Source: Planctomycetota bacterium (GTDB lineage Bacteria; Planctomycetota; UBA1135; UBA2386). From it: 64,000 bases of DNA. Positions 63,607 through 64,000 of this stretch are shown one piece after another. The DNA lies in contig CANMWZ010000013.1 of assembly GCA_947501605.1 (NCBI GenBank), forward strand, positions 38,881 to 102,880, in the 5' to 3' direction. The translations under genes were made by a program, and so were the position numbers. Numbering within the stretch: the first letter of the stretch is position 1; every line of letters begins with the position of its first letter. Under the pieces are notes generated by a model, which saw only the letters and a program-made list of their open reading frames with translations, was not told the origin of the DNA and did no database searches.

Positions 63607-64000
63607 TCAGCCGACCTTGACGAAGCCGATCGGATCGCCAACGACCGCCGTCGGCAACGTGGCGTCCTCGGGCGCAAAGGACACACCGGCGCGACCGGCC
63701 TGCTCGGCGAACCACGCGACCTCCTCGACCGTCGTGGTGATCCAGCCTGGTCGTTTCAAGCCGGCAAACAGCGCTGCTGCCAACGTGCGCGCTCGTTCCC
63801 GTTCGACGGTGAACGCCTCGATGTCCAGCGCCGGTGGCGGGATGCGCCCATAGGTCACGCCACTGAGCTGGGGCCAAGTCAGTGGATCGGTGAACACACT
63901 GACGCAACCAATGTGGTCGAAACCGCCGTTCTTCGCGACCTCAGCAGCATCGCCGTGCCGCAGGGTAAGTTCGCCAGTCAGACCGACGCGCTTGATCCCC
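63607..64000 (-). CDS. C-terminal part of a gene entering from the right edge, possibly a SAM methyltransferase
   Basis: Frame of ORF 63607..63897 stays open to the edge: GIKRVGLTGELTLRHGDAAEVAKNGGFDHIGCVSVFTDP..., where GDA..FD.I resembles methyltransferase motifs. Confidence 0.5.
   Translation of the reverse strand, partial: GIKRVGLTGELTLRHGDAAEVAKNGGFDHIGCVSVFTDPLTWPQLSGVTYGRIPPPALDIEAFTVERERARTLAAALFAGLKRPGWITTTVEEVAWFAEQAGRAGVSFAPEDATLPTAVVGDPIGFVKVG

Overview
GC-rich bacterial chromosomal segment. Planctomycetota-like gene content is my inference from the protein families and the many signal-peptide/lipoprotein ORFs. It holds about 45 protein-coding genes. I could support no rRNA, tRNA, CRISPR array, integrase or transposase. 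Core content: TIGR00300 ornithine cyclodeaminase, lpoB-COG3014-ycfL envelope operon, moxR-DUF58-transglutaminase, a translationally coupled cyclodeaminase-gpmI-M28-lipoprotein-aspartyl protease-acyP run, thrC, M19 dipeptidase, glcDEF, pduO, proline dehydrogenase, msrB, a Dus and an M64 peptidase. Most notable: (1) Two separate loci of multidomain glycosyltransferase/methyltransferase/deacetylase/TPR fusion genes. These, and two unrelated orphan genes, are each preceded by the same sigma-28 (FliA/WhiG)-like motif (T/A)(C/A)AAN-N16-(G/T)CCGAT, suggesting a dedicated glycosylation regulon. (2) A ~110-140 aa domain recurring in four unrelated secreted proteins, a candidate lineage-specific sorting/anchoring module. 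(3) A lower-GC islet with two orphan secreted proteins. (4) A eukaryote-Dus3-like tRNA dihydrouridine synthase. (5) A protein with a degenerate HEPN-like domain. All family assignments are by eye from motifs; no database searches were run.
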